Origin: Cycas panzhihuaensis
Taxonomy: Eukaryota > Plantae > Cycadophyta
Direction: 5' to 3'
Length of the DNA stretch: 64,000 nt
Assembly (NCBI GenBank): GCA_023213395.1
Contig: CM041465.1
Coordinates: 106,151,741-106,215,740, forward strand
Position 1 is the first letter of the stretch. Each line of letters opens with the position of its first letter. The position numbers and the translations under genes are program-made. The notes under the pieces were generated by a model. That model saw only the letters and a list, made by a program, of their open reading frames with translations, was not told the origin of the DNA and made no database searches. This document shows positions 40,621 through 53,700 of the stretch, one piece after another.

Positions 40621-41346
40621 TTGTAATTGAGTGTTACAATATAATAATAATTTGAATATACTTTGGAATACATCAGCGAATCAACCATTATTTTCAGTTA
40701 TAACCAAGGATGATTGAAACCATTGGAAATTATGAATAAATAAGAGTGAAAAGGGGGCATTAGATGATGATGATGAGTACCTTATAGAAATCTCATTGTT
40801 GTAAGCTTGATTGGTCATCATCTTTCTATGTATTACCAGGTTTGCATTTGATTGTGAGAGGACCAGATGTAGTTCCCTATCTTAATGGTATTATGTTTTG
40901 TGTCATATTAGTCTTCTTTGTACTTGCCTTATTTATTGATGAATGATTGGTAGATGAATAGGTGAATGACACACATTAGTTCCATTGCCTAATAAAATTC
41001 AGGTAATTCAAAATGGCAAAATGGGTAGATATGAGTAAATAAATTAAACTTCTTCTAGGCTACCCAAGGTAGAAAAATAATATCAAAGAGAGCACAGAGA
41101 GTGATGGCATAATGATAGAATTCAAACTAGAGTAAGGAAGTCAAGATTTATAATCACGTTAAGAAAACAAAAGAGATGACCAATTGCTAACTCAATTAGA
41201 ATAAGGAAATCAAGTGAGAAAGGTGAAAAGCAAACAAAGGCAGAAATACTTAAAGAGTCTATTAAAGAGAAGATAATCCAAGTTGAAGATAGCTAAGGGT
41301 ATGCATTGGAAGAGGATCCTATTGGAATATAAGCTCAAGAGAGGAA

Positions 41347-41668
41347 TGTTGGAGTGCATGATGCTAACTATTATGAGGAAGTCCTCTTCTCAATCACCCT
41401 ATGGATTTTGGTGTAATGGTAGCCTATGACAAGTGGTATCAGAGAAACTAAGGTTTCAAATCGGTCACATGTATCGTGGTAGCGCACCTGGAGATACATG
41501 AAGGTGTTGGGGGTGGCACTAAGGAACGTCGTGGTGGACATGCATGTCATGTAGGTACAGTTAACTCCTCGTGATGGGGGAGTGTTAGAGCATGTGATGC
41601 TAACTATCACGATGAAGTCCTCTTCCCAAATCACCCTAGGGATTTTGGTGTAATGGTGGTCCGTGACA
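41347..41668 (+). mobile_element. TRIM (terminal-repeat retrotransposon in miniature), 322 bp
   Basis: LTRs at 41347-41431 and 41583-41668 (TG...CA); PBS TGGTATCAGAG at 41434; PPT GATGGGGGAG; perfect TSD AGGAA. Confidence 0.95.
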
Positions 41669-41699
41669 AGGAAAAGTGATAAAGAATTTGTTGAAGACT

Positions 41700-44600
41700 T
41701 ACCATCCCAAGAAGGTAAGAATATTTTGATTGAATTAGAATTATATAGTACAATAGATAAGGAGTGGAACCATCATTCATTAGAAGTTAATACCCATTTC
41801 AGTCATATTTTAAATCCCTTGTTTACATCCACAATGGTAAGATTGGGGGTAGTGCAGGTGGGAGAAGCCAACCACCGGGTGAGAACTTGGGAGGTAGAGG
41901 TCCATCATCAAATCGATCATTGTTTATCAATGCAAGAGGAAGTGGTAACCCACCACTAAGTGAAATGGACCAAGGAAGCAGAACAAGACCAGTTAAACCT
42001 TGTATAATTATACAAGATGACTCTATCTTTTTTAGTATATAATTTAATGGATTGACAGAGCTAGGATACTATTTAGCATTATTTAAAAATATGCTAAAAA
42101 TAAAGAAAGTTGTAGATCTATAGGAGATAAAAGCCTAAAATTTTCTCACTTTACAGGGAGCAATAATTGCATAGTTCCAGTATGTTACAGTGTAGAATCT
42201 ATCATGGGATAGATTACAAGACTAATTTTTGGGTCGATTCCAAAAATTTAGAGACCGCATGGCCATTTTTTAGTCCCTAGAAGAAACAAAGCAATATCTT
42301 AGAGAATCTATAAATGATTTTGATGGTTGAATGAAGATAATAATAAGAAAAATACAACTAATAATGATAATTAGTCTAATGTTAGTGATGAAATATTTTA
42401 TTCAAGGCTTAATCCCATAATTGAAGGATGAAGTCATGTTGTACCTAATGAACAATTATAGACAAGCATATGAGTTAGCCCTGAAGTTTAAAAATCAAAT
42501 GAAGACTACATACTCTCAATGGGCAATTCAATAGATGGGACATATGGGTCTAGTTATTTCTCCACCATTATCAATAGTGTAGACATGGGGAATATATAAT
42601 CAAACACCCTAAATGGGAACAAATCTGAAGATTGAAGCACCAATAAAGGAGGTGGAAGCATTAAGATAACAACCATTAGTGGAAATACCAGCTAACATAC
42701 ACTAGAACTAAGAAGTGGAGAAATTATATATAGAATTAGCTAGATGTTATCTGGAAAAGTCATGAGATAATATGTGGTGCCCTCCACCATGCAACCAATA
42801 AGTTCATATAAGGAATGAGCATAATAAAATACCAGTATGGTGTGAATATTGTAGAAAAACTAACCATAATATGTGGGAATGTTTTTCTTGACTTAAAAAT
42901 GATGTCCATAATGTATTCCTGTAAAAGTTAAAAAAATAGGAAGGTAATATAAAGGGAAGACAAAGCTAGTCTATTGTTTTCTATGCCAAAGATAGGGCCT
43001 TTTTAAATCATATTATCCATTAGAGAAAAAGAGTGAAGAATTTATTTGTGAAGAATATGGATCGACAATTCATGAGTGGATAAATTGCCCAAAAAATAAA
43101 ACACTAAATGCTAGTTTGGTTGTGATCATTCTAGATAAGTAAGTGCCCCTCTAGTTACAAACATGAAGTAGAAAAGTAACTTCAACATCTATTCAAGATA
43201 CTTTATTGTATCTAATAGTTGAAAAATAAAGACTCGAAGAAGTTGTCAAGATTTTACAAGATGTAATAGATAATTCTTAGCAAGAAGAATCCCAGTATGA
43301 AGGACGATTTAAAGGATAAACATATAAGTGACAAGCATCCCTTGAAAAAGCTCAACCAAAAGAGGGTATGAATCCATGGTTAAGGATTCAGATGGTTAAT
43401 GATTTATTAATTGAACTAGGAGTCTCAATCCCCATTTCTATTGTATTTAAATGGTGGGAGGCTAACTACTTTCAACAATTAGTCTTAGACCAGATAGAAA
43501 AGCCTATAATGAGAGCTGTTAAAGAGAAAGGGGTTGACCCAAGGTTGTCAATGATTATTTTTGGGATGATGCTATATAAAACAATTGTGGATATAGGATC
43601 AAGAGTCAATGTGCTCCCTAAATCTTCTTGAATTAAATTGGGAAGGCCAAAAATAGTTACTCCAGATTATTCAATAAGATTGGTCAACTAGTTGTAAGTT
43701 AGACCAATGTGAACATTAATGAACATACCAACTATAGTCATAAGAATCACTGTACTATTGGATTTTATTATGGTATAGATATATAATGAAAAGAGAACGT
43801 ATCAAACATTGATAGGTGGACCTTGGTTATTATCCATAAAAGTCATCCAAGATTAGGGAGAATTCATATTTATGCTAACAACAAGAAATAAAGTTATGGC
43901 TTTGCTATTATGCTCAGATGGTCCTTAGACTAAGAAGATAGTTAATGAAGAATGAGCATCATCTACAACTATGGGATTAGAACCCATTGTAAGCCCATGT
44001 TCAAAAATTATTTATCAACTTTAACCAAGTGTACCAAGTAGTGCATCATCAACATATATGATGAATTGGTTGTAAAATGCTTAGGGAGAAACTGAATATG
44101 CTCATTGCTATAAGCTGGAAGTGTGTATGGACTCTCCAAAATCAAAAGATTAAATAAATGATAAAGCAACAAATCTTTAAATAGAAGAAATTATAAGGAG
44201 TTTGATAGAGGGTTTCATAAAAGGAAATAAATTATGGGGTCAAGCAAATCAGGCAAACAACCATATAGAATATTCTACTTAATTGTTAATAAATAATAAT
44301 CAACATGACGATTTTTGTTACTTATTCTCATTATCTCTTAAAGGCCAAGCTACCACATGGTTTTCTATTTATGGTAGTAAATTTAGAACATTGAACAAAT
44401 TACACAAAAAATTCTTATTAAGGTTTCAAAAATAAGATAATGAATTGCCAATATTTCAAGATAATGATGACCTTATGACTCACATAGGAAAGTGTAAACA
44501 AATTTAGAAAAGAAAGCAATTTTCAAAAGGTGAATGGGTACAAAGATGGGCCTAGACTCTAGAAGGAATTCTAGGTTTATGGTACAATCAATGTGAAGAA

Positions 44601-46968
44601 ATAAAGAAAACAGAATGGGATTTACTCAGTGAGAATTTTTATGAAGCTTTTATCCACCATAATCATGGATTAGGGATTTCAAAAATGATGAGCACCTATG
44701 GGATTGAAATTGAGCAAAGTTGCCATCAAATCAAAGTGGTGGACAAAGATTATGAATTTCTTGGTGAATATTCTAATATAGAATATGGAAGCAGAATAAT
44801 TGAATAAACAACAATATATAAATTAAACAAATATGGTAAAACGATGCAGAATAAATAATTAAAAATATAACAAATAAATTTAGGCACAAAAGAACATCCT
44901 TAAATGATCTCAATGGGAGACTATTAGGATAAGGATATTGTTCAGCACGCTATAAATTTATTTTTAGAATACAAGGATGTTTTTGCCTAGTCTTATCAAT
45001 ATTTAAAAGGGGTACCACCAAAATTAGAAGAACATTGAATTGGATTGATGGAAAGAATAAAGCCCATGCGTCAGTGCCCATATGATATGAATATAAAATA
45101 CAAAGAAAAAAGTGAAAGTTGAATTAGATAAATTATTAGAAGTCAGCTATATTTTTGAAGTTGAAACCAGTGAATGGGTGAGTCCAGTGGTGATGGTACC
45201 CAAAAATAATAGAAAGCTTTATTTCTACATGTATTATAGAGCCCTTAACAAAGCAACAAAAAAGATCTATTTCTAATACCATTCACAAAAGATATTCTTG
45301 AAAAAGTAGTAGGCCATGAAGTATATTCATTCATAGATGGTTTCAACAAATATAATCAAGTGAAAATTGTAGTGGAAGACTAGCTAAAGATGAATTTTGT
45401 CATGGAATGGGGGAATTACACATATAAGGTTATACTCTTCAGATTAATGAATATATCATCCACCTTTCATAGGATAATTCTAAATATTTACTGGCAAGCA
45501 ATTGGTAAGTCCATTAAAGTATTTTTAGATGATTAGACACTTTATTCATTATTGAAGAACCATTTGGCGAATTTGAGATTAATGTTAGAAATGTGCCAAA
45601 AAAATAAACTCTACTTGAATCCAGTGAAATATACATTCTTTATTCCCTTTGGATCTCTTTTGGGACACATTGTGAGCAAGGATGGATTACGAGCAGATCT
45701 ATATAAAGTAATAATAATTTTAAACATTTTCACAGAAAAAATAATGAAGTAGGTACAAAATTTTCTTAGCATGATAGGTTATTATCAGAAATTTATATAA
45801 GGATATATATAGATTATAAATCCCTTAGAAGATTTGCTAAAAAAAAAGATTAGAAATGGGAATTGCAACAATAATTAGCATTTGAATTATTAAAAAAGAA
45901 AATCACAAAGCTCTTATTTTGAGATTTCCAGATTAGGACTAACTAATCCATGTGCATATTAATGTTTTGTTGATGGTAATTGGATGTGTCTTAACTCAAC
46001 CTAGTGATAGTAATATAGACCTTCCTATTCACTTTACTAGTAGGAAATTGACTCCTTCTGAATAAAATTATCGGTCACTAAGTGGGAAGGATTAATCATG
46101 GTTTATGCCTTACAAAAATTTAGGAATTATTTATTAGCCAACTCATTTACCTTTTATGTAGATCATTAAGCCTTAAAAATTTTGATAAATAAACGTATTA
46201 TGTAAAGCAGAATTAGTAGATGGTTGATGTTGTTTTAGGAGTTTAATTTCAAAATTGTGGTCAAGAAATAGGACAAACATACAGTACCAAATGTGCTATC
46301 AAGGGAAGTAAATGGGGAACTGATTATAGGAGTATTAGATGACTTCTATAACATGTAATTATTTTCCATGGAGGCTATACCAAAATGGTGTAAAGGGATC
46401 ACATAGTACCTAGCCACTAGATAAATACCCAAAGGATTAGAATGAGTGGAATGACAAAGTTTTATTCATAAAACTTTTCCCTTCTAATTGATATGAGGAA
46501 TGTTATACAAGCTAGGTTCAAATGGTGTGCTAAGATGCTATATATTAGAACATGAGGTGCAAGGTATTTTATGAGAAGCACATGAAGGAGTGGTAGCTAA
46601 GCATCAAGGCATGGAACCCATAGTCTAAAAAATTTTATTAATAGGCTTTTAGTGGTCATGAATATTTGAAGATATGATGAAATGGATAAAGAGCTATGAT
46701 GTTTGCCAGTGAGTGGGTAAGCCTAAAAAATATCATTTCATGCCCTCATATTTGATCCTAGCATAAGCATCCTTTGAGAAATGGGGTTTGGATTTTATAA
46801 GATTGATAAGTCCTTCAACAAAGTGTACGAACACCAAATACATATTAGTAGCCATTGATTTTTTCATGAAATACATAGAGGCTCAACCCTTTAGGCATTA
46901 TGATTTAAGAAGTACTATAAAATTTCTATATGAAGATATCATTATCTATTTTGGTTGTCTATTAGAAC
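41700..46968 (+). pseudogene. gypsy C gag-pol (gag with three Zn knuckles, PR, extra capsid-like repeats, RT, RH, INT N-terminal half)
   Basis: WCEYCRKTNHNMWEC, CFLCQR, CEEYGSTIHEWINC; IVDIGSRVNVLP; GGPWL; EYKDVFA*SY; EWVSPVVMVPK; VFLDD; FYVDH; FEKWGLDFI. Confidence 0.9.
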
Positions 46969-49900
46969 TATTGGAGTTAAGTTGCTGAACACGCGATCTG
47001 TGTGAACACACGCTCCGTGTGGTTCCCCCCGTAGAGTCTTGAAGCCATCATTGCATCTGAATCAAGCAAGAAGAATAACACCAAACCCATTAACAAGATG
47101 CCCCGAGCTTAACTGAATTGTGTACATGTATAAGTCTATGTTTCTATGTATCTATTAACTTGTGAAGTTATAATAATTTTGAGGATTGATCTACTGCATT
47201 TGCATGTTTTGGGGAAATCAAGCAAAAACATTTGGATTGAAATAGAAATAGAGGAGTGAATCAGAGAACTGAGGAGAAACCTTTGTCTTAGAATTAATAA
47301 TAACAAATGCTAAACAGTACCTCTAGGTTTTAGTTCTTTAGAATGGTATGATTTGTATGACATTTCTTTATTTTAAATCTTCACGATACATTCACTCAGT
47401 CTAATTTTATTCGAAGCACCAATTGAATTCAATCAGGTGAATGCTCGGATACACCGCCAATTCCTCGAGTCTCCAACAACCCCACGCTTCTCCCTCAGGC
47501 TCTGTAGGCCACGTGACAGTGTAGCAGGCACAGCAGATAGTGCGGCGCACAACTACCAACAGCGGCATCTTCATCCTTTTATTATATATATATATATATA
47601 TATATATATTTAAATATATATCGGTCGATGCCTGACTTTGTATCAAAGTCCATATATCTCGGTTGGCGCCCATTTTATAGATACTGTTTTCTAGCAACAA
47701 ACATTTTCATTATTATTTTCTTACTGTGTAATGGTGGCAGCCATTTTCATTTCATTTTTTTTATAGTTTTTAACATAAAGTTTTTAAAAAAATTAAATTT
47801 AATTGTATAATTTTTCAAATCCAGGTGTTTAAAGAGCTTAGCATCATTGACTCCTATTCCCCTGGTCATATTCAATCTTCACGTGACTGTTAGTCACTTC
47901 AAAAAGGGTTTCTCACTTTTTTATAAATATTTTTCTTTTTCTGTTTTTTCTTTTTCATTTTTTATAGCGTTATTGGCATTTTTTTTTGCCATAAATCCTC
48001 GCTGAGACATCGGTTTCTGATGAAACCACCTCCATTAGATCAGAAAGTTCTTGTAGATCATTTTTTACTAGTCATATGACCAATTTGGTGTAGATTTGAC
48101 CCCATTTCAGTCGATTTAAAGTCAATCATCCCTTTTTTTCAGCGTTTTTTTGACTTTTTACAAAAACATTTTTTGAACTGGTTGCCTTTTATTACCTGGA
48201 AACTATTTTCAACCCAAATTTGTTCTACATTGATCTAGTTCAACAAACTTCAAAACCCATATTTTATTTTATTTTTTAGAATTTATTGTATTATTATTTT
48301 AATCGTTGAAATTGACATTTTAGTATTTTTTTAGCGTTTTAAACATTTTTTTACATAAAATTACTTGTTACTGTTTTTACTGTAACTTTTTTGTTTAATA
48401 TCCAAATTCCATTCTGTCAGCTTTGTTGGGAAGCTAACCCATTCCCCTTCAAATTGATATAGTTTTTCATCCATTCTAAAGTGCTTTTATTTATTTTCAA
48501 ATCTATTTAAGTTGGATTACTTATTAGCCTCCATCTATCATTTTTCGCATATTTTCATATAAAGGTTTTCAAAATTCTTCAACCAAACATATATTTAGTA
48601 GTTTTACAAACATATTTGATTATTTTTCAACACTTTATAAAGTTTTATTAGTGATTTTATGCAATTTTGTGTCCCCTACTCCTGTTGTGCCTCAAAACGA
48701 GGCATATTCCTTTGATTCATCAAAACTTAACTTATAGGAACCCGTTTTCAAAACGGTCAATTCCGTTGGATTTATATTTTGTTTGGCTTCATACTTGTAA
48801 AGTTTCACATCATTTTGATATCATTTAGTATACTTTTGAAGCTGTCTAACTTGAGGTTGTCTTCTAACCCTTCTTTCAAAAAGTTTCTTCATACTCCTTA
48901 TCTTTCAAAGTAAAATATACATATATTTCAATTTTTTCAGCATTATATTAGTATCAAGGAAAAAGATTTATTGCATTAAAGGATTATTCATTTGAAAATC
49001 AAATGTTAAGAAATCTTTATGTTTCATCATCAAAGTTTATTCAAAAGGCATACTTATTGAAAAACTTATTTTATCATTATTGAAAAAATTATTTCTTTAT
49101 TGTGCTTAGTTGATTGACTTTTGAAAGGGCATTACATCTCTTTATATATGGTCATTGGTGTATTGTATTTTTTTTGAAAAATATATCTATAATCATATAT
49201 ATTCATTGTATTTATTGACCTTCTTGACTTAGTAAAAGCATACCTTTATACTAAAGTTTTTTCTTAGTAAAATGGTACAATTTCCCATTTTCAATGGCCA
49301 TAATTTTTCACTATGGTATGACACCATGCAAACTTACTTTATTGAATATAATCTTTTGAAGTATTTACAACATGAATGTGACCTTAGCATTAAAGAAAAT
49401 TTTAGAAAAGATAATGAAGTCTTAGGTTTATTATTTTGCACTATGAATGATGATGTTTTTTCAAAGGCTTCTGAACTAACAACTGTAAATCAATTTGGAA
49501 TGTATTGATTTCTATTTATGGGGGAGATACCCTCTATGTATTTGATGATATTTTTGTTGAGCATATGAGAAAGGTGACAAAATAGGTGGATCATGACGAC
49601 AAAACTAATGAAGATTCAGATCAAATGTAGGACCAACTTGCTACACAAGGATTTGATCCTCCATTTAAGGGGGAGAATGAAAATGAATCATTTGACATGG
49701 TGAAGAATGAATGTGATGATATGACAAAGAATGAACCTGATGATATGACAGTTGTTCAAAGCATAAATACTACACAAGATAAAGTTCAAGTTCAAAGTTT
49801 TCTTAATGTTACAGTTGTCAAAGTCAAAAATATAGCTATTCATCTACATTCAAATCAAGCATCATTTACTTATAGTTTTTTCACATTACTTCATGGTAAA

Positions 49901-50444
49901 GAGACAAATGTTATAAAAAGGTTGAAGCATGTTGATGAAGATCAAAATTATAAAGTTTTTTTCAAATACACATTCCATAACTTCAAGGAAAAGATACAAG
50001 TGTCTGTGATGACATTAAGGGGGAGAATGTTAGAGTTAAGTGTCATCACTCCACTCCCACCTTCCAACTAGGATTGTACACTTAGCCATCTTCAATTAAG
50101 ACATGTGATGCTCAACATGTCAAGGTAAGTAAAGGTAAGTTGAGTTAGTTTCATTTGAGTTAAGTGAATATTATTTTATTATTATTTTGAATCCAGGGGT
50201 TGAGGAGTTTCCCTCCTCCCCCAAACTATAAATATTAAGGGGTGTGCAACCCTGGTGTCTTTAGATACTACCTCCAACATTTAAAAATTTTATAATGCTC
50301 ATTTCTGCTATAATAGATTGAACAATAATGCTTTCATGGTTTATGCTATTGTGATTGTGATATATTGATGTATTGATGCAATATTGGTTTATGGTTATTT
50401 GATATACATTTTGGCCTATTCTCCTGCAAGTATATTTTCCTTCA
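46969..50444 (+). mobile_element. Copia D: gag-only non-autonomous element inserted in the gypsy C integrase; 5' LTR mostly replaced
   Basis: Perfect TSD AGAAC (46964-46968 and 50445-50449); the host frame rejoins as FGCLLE|LVSN*GSSF; 3' LTR at 50028-50444 after PPT AAGGGGGAGAA; only 14 bp of the 5' LTR remain (TATTGGAGTTAAGT). Confidence 0.85.
49272..49508 (+). pseudogene. Copia gag N-terminal fragment
   Basis: FPIFNGHNFSLW..MQTYF..NLLKY..KDNEVLGLL..DVFSK, typical of the Copia gag N-terminus. Confidence 0.75.
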
Positions 50445-50449
50445 AGAAC

Positions 50450-51120
50450 TAGTATCAAATTAGGGTAGTAGTTTTTTAAATAGTAATATAAAACATTTAA
50501 CTATTGAATTCATGATTCAATGTTTTTAATCTTCTCCCTACTACCCTAGAGCTAACGACTAGGTAGAAATCACTAATAAAATTTTAAAGATAGCTTTATC
50601 CAAGATCTACAGTAAAAGTAGAATAGATTAGGTAGAGTTATTATATTCTATTCTCTAGGTGAATCAGACAACGATTAAGTAACCACATAAATAAACACCT
50701 TTTCAATTGGTGTATGGGTTAGAAGTGACACTTCTATTGGAATTCCAAGTGGAAATCTTTTGAGTGGCTATTCAGCTATGGATGAATGAACAAGACTCGT
50801 GGAATGAGAGAATTATAGAGCTATTAAAGTTAGATGAAAAAAGGGCACAAGCACTATGGGAACTAAAAACTGAGAAATAACAATGGAAGGCTTGATATGA
50901 TTGATACTTAAGAGTACTAAAATTTCATAAAGGTGATTTGGTATTGATGTATGATAGTACATTTCATACAAAACTAGGTAAGTTAAAATTATGCTAGTTA
51001 GGACCATACAAGGTAATTTGTATTAGTAGGAATAGGGTAGTCCAACTCAGATAGTTTGACGATAAAACTCTACCAAAGGTGGTAAATAGTAGTAGGTTAA
51101 AACTTTACATGATGAGATTT
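50450..51120 (+). pseudogene. gypsy C integrase, C-terminal half
   Basis: SPYYPRAND*VEITNKILK, TPFQLVYG, LGPYKV, VNSSRLKLY. Confidence 0.88.
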
Positions 51121-51399
51121 AAAAAAAAAAAATGATGCAAAATATATGATAGTAATTATGGAGAAGTTAATTAAAGGTGTAATTAGCAATAGTTACCTTC
51201 TTATTAAAAGACAAAATCATGGTAGAGTAATTAAGGTGGTATGAATATAGGAGGTGACCATTATTAAGAATGAATTGATTGTAATCTGTAAAGATCACCT
51301 TTCCATGATTGTGACAAGACAGAAAGAGGGTAAGTACATTAATATGATAGTTGTGAATCAATTTATTTTTCAAACTGATGTTAATCAAATGACACAAGA

Positions 51400-53100
51400 A
51401 AACCTATGCAAGTAAGGAAGAAGGGAGAAGTGAAAAAATGATAACAGAAGAATGGAAGCACATGACAGTTACTTTTTAAGAATCAGATGATGAGCATATA
51501 CAAAGACAATGGTAGGAAATAAAGATCAAAGAGGAATGTAACAAGAAGACAATAGCCATGGGATTGAACTAGTATGTATTGGTCAGGGTTCTCTTAAATA
51601 TATATAGTTTTTTGTCAATGAAAATTGCATTAGTGGTATGATGACCATCCCTGTTGGATTTCTTGGTAGAGGCAATTGTAAGAGTAATAGGGCTACCCAA
51701 TGAAGGACCAGATATTCCCAAGGATAAACAAATATCTAGAGAACAAGCTACACATGAAATTGGGGCTAAGGAATTGGATGTTTCTACCTCAGGAATTTAA
51801 ATTTTAAGAATTTCATCTAGGGAAATACACTAGATACCTCATTTTATATTTATAAGGGTTATTTTAGGATAAAAGAACTTATTTGTGCCTATTCGTTCAT
51901 GTACCATGTTAATTAAAGTTATAGAAGGCCAAAAGTTTAATTGGGAAAAATTTGTTACTGCTAAATTCCTAAAAAATCTGGAAGCTGTAAAAGGTGCTAC
52001 TCAGTCTGTCTTATTTTTCTATCCTACTCTATTTCAAGGTTTGTTGTTTTTACAATGTCCAAGAATTCACTTACTAGAAGTTGAGGAAGGATAATCTCTT
52101 CTAGCAAAATAAACAGAATTATATTCAAGAGAATGAGGACGAGGTTCTTTGCCATTAACTCATCTACATGAACAAGTTAGCAATTGGCTTCACCCATAGT
52201 GGTCAGCAAACACTCCCTAGTCGTGTCCTATAAGAGAAGAAGAAATAGAGGAGAAATCACAAGTAGAGGCAATGTCATAGAATCCAATAGGAATGCAAAA
52301 CCAAATGAAAATAGAAGAAAGGAGTAGGAAAGTAGAAATAAGAGAAGGGAAATGGAAGGTAGGGGAAGAACTTACCACAAATAAGGGGGAAGTAGAACAA
52401 GTATAGAAAAAGGCAAGAACAATTAAACCATTAAATCATAAAGAAGAGGAGAAATAGAGAAGGAAAAAATAGCAGTAGAGAAGAGACAATAGGAAAATTT
52501 AGAAGAATTAAATAATTAAGCACTAAAAATAGAATTCAATCAATCTGAGGAATATTTAGAAGAAGGCCTTGATCTGATGAATTATTACCTACAAGATGTA
52601 TCCTAATGGAATACTTTCTTCCTAGTAAGGGTAACAAGATAAATCATAACAGAGTTGGAACAAAGGAATAGAAGACCTCCACTAGATATGTAAAGGATTC
52701 AGAAGATTGAAGAAAATCTAGTAGCAACAGAATCCCATTTGGAATTTTTGAAGAAATTCATTTTGACTTGGGTAAGAGATACCAATGAAATCACATCCAA
52801 AATTTGAGCATTTAAAAACTACTTCTATTAGGAAGTTACCCCAAGATTACATGAAGTAATCTATAAATTGGGCATATAGATACTTGAGATAGAAGAATAT
52901 GTAAAACATGTGACTAAATTTTGGGCAAAGATATGTCATTTATGGCAAGATTTGTCAAGGATGGAGCAAACACATAATTAGGTGAAGGAAGAAATTATAA
53001 AGTTATATAAGAGGGGAAAACCAACATTGGCATAATTGGATATGTTAAGAGATCTTGCAATCCTTGTAGACCATTATTGTTCATAAGGAATTTGAATCTT
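51400..53100 (+). pseudogene. Degenerate sense 3' extra ORF of gypsy C (weakly PMD-like plus coiled coil)
   Basis: VEAIVRVIGLPNEG, LIKVIEGQKFNWEKFV..YPTLFQGLL, followed by an E/K-rich helical stretch. Confidence 0.55.
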
Positions 53101-53344
53101 GTTAATTATTATATGACCAGGTACAAATTATATCCATTAAGCAATGAATCATTTGCATAAAGAGTTAAATAATATGTGAACGATTGAATAATTGTTATTT
53201 TTGAGAGGGGGGAAGGAATAGGTGAAGGAAGAAAAAATTTTACAAACAAGTAAGGGTACTTATTGGTTTTGTGATGGGGGAGATATGTGTGGGCAAAATT
53301 ACACACATAATTTTGAAAAGGAATTTTGAATTTTATAAGTTAGA

Positions 53345-53700
53345 CTATGAGTGAATTATAGTCAAGAAGTGATTATGAGCAGATTATGATCGAGAGTAGA
53401 TTGTGATTCATGATCATGAGCAGATCATGGTTCAAGTTGAGATTGTAAGAAGATCATGGTTCAGGTTGAGATCCTGAGCAGATTGTGGTTCAGGTCACAA
53501 TCATGAGTAAATCATGGTTCATGTTGAGATCATGAGCATATCATGAACATACCATGGTTCAAGTTGTCATTACAAGCAAATCACAGTTTGAGTCGTGATT
53601 GTGAGTAGATCATAGTTTGGGTCGTGATTGTAAGCAAATCATAGTCAGTTATAAGCATGAGCTAATCATAGTGAAGAATGTAATTACAAACAGATTGTAA
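53345..53700 (+). repeat. About 29-bp minisatellite in the 3' LTR of gypsy C
   Basis: Same unit as 40245-40620. Confidence 0.85.

Noticed and set aside
41347-41431. TRIM as Cassandra (5S rRNA-bearing LTR), prompted by GGAAGTCCTC
   Set aside because: Only a 10-nt match; no 5S A/C boxes or flanking 5S sequence, and the LTR is too short.
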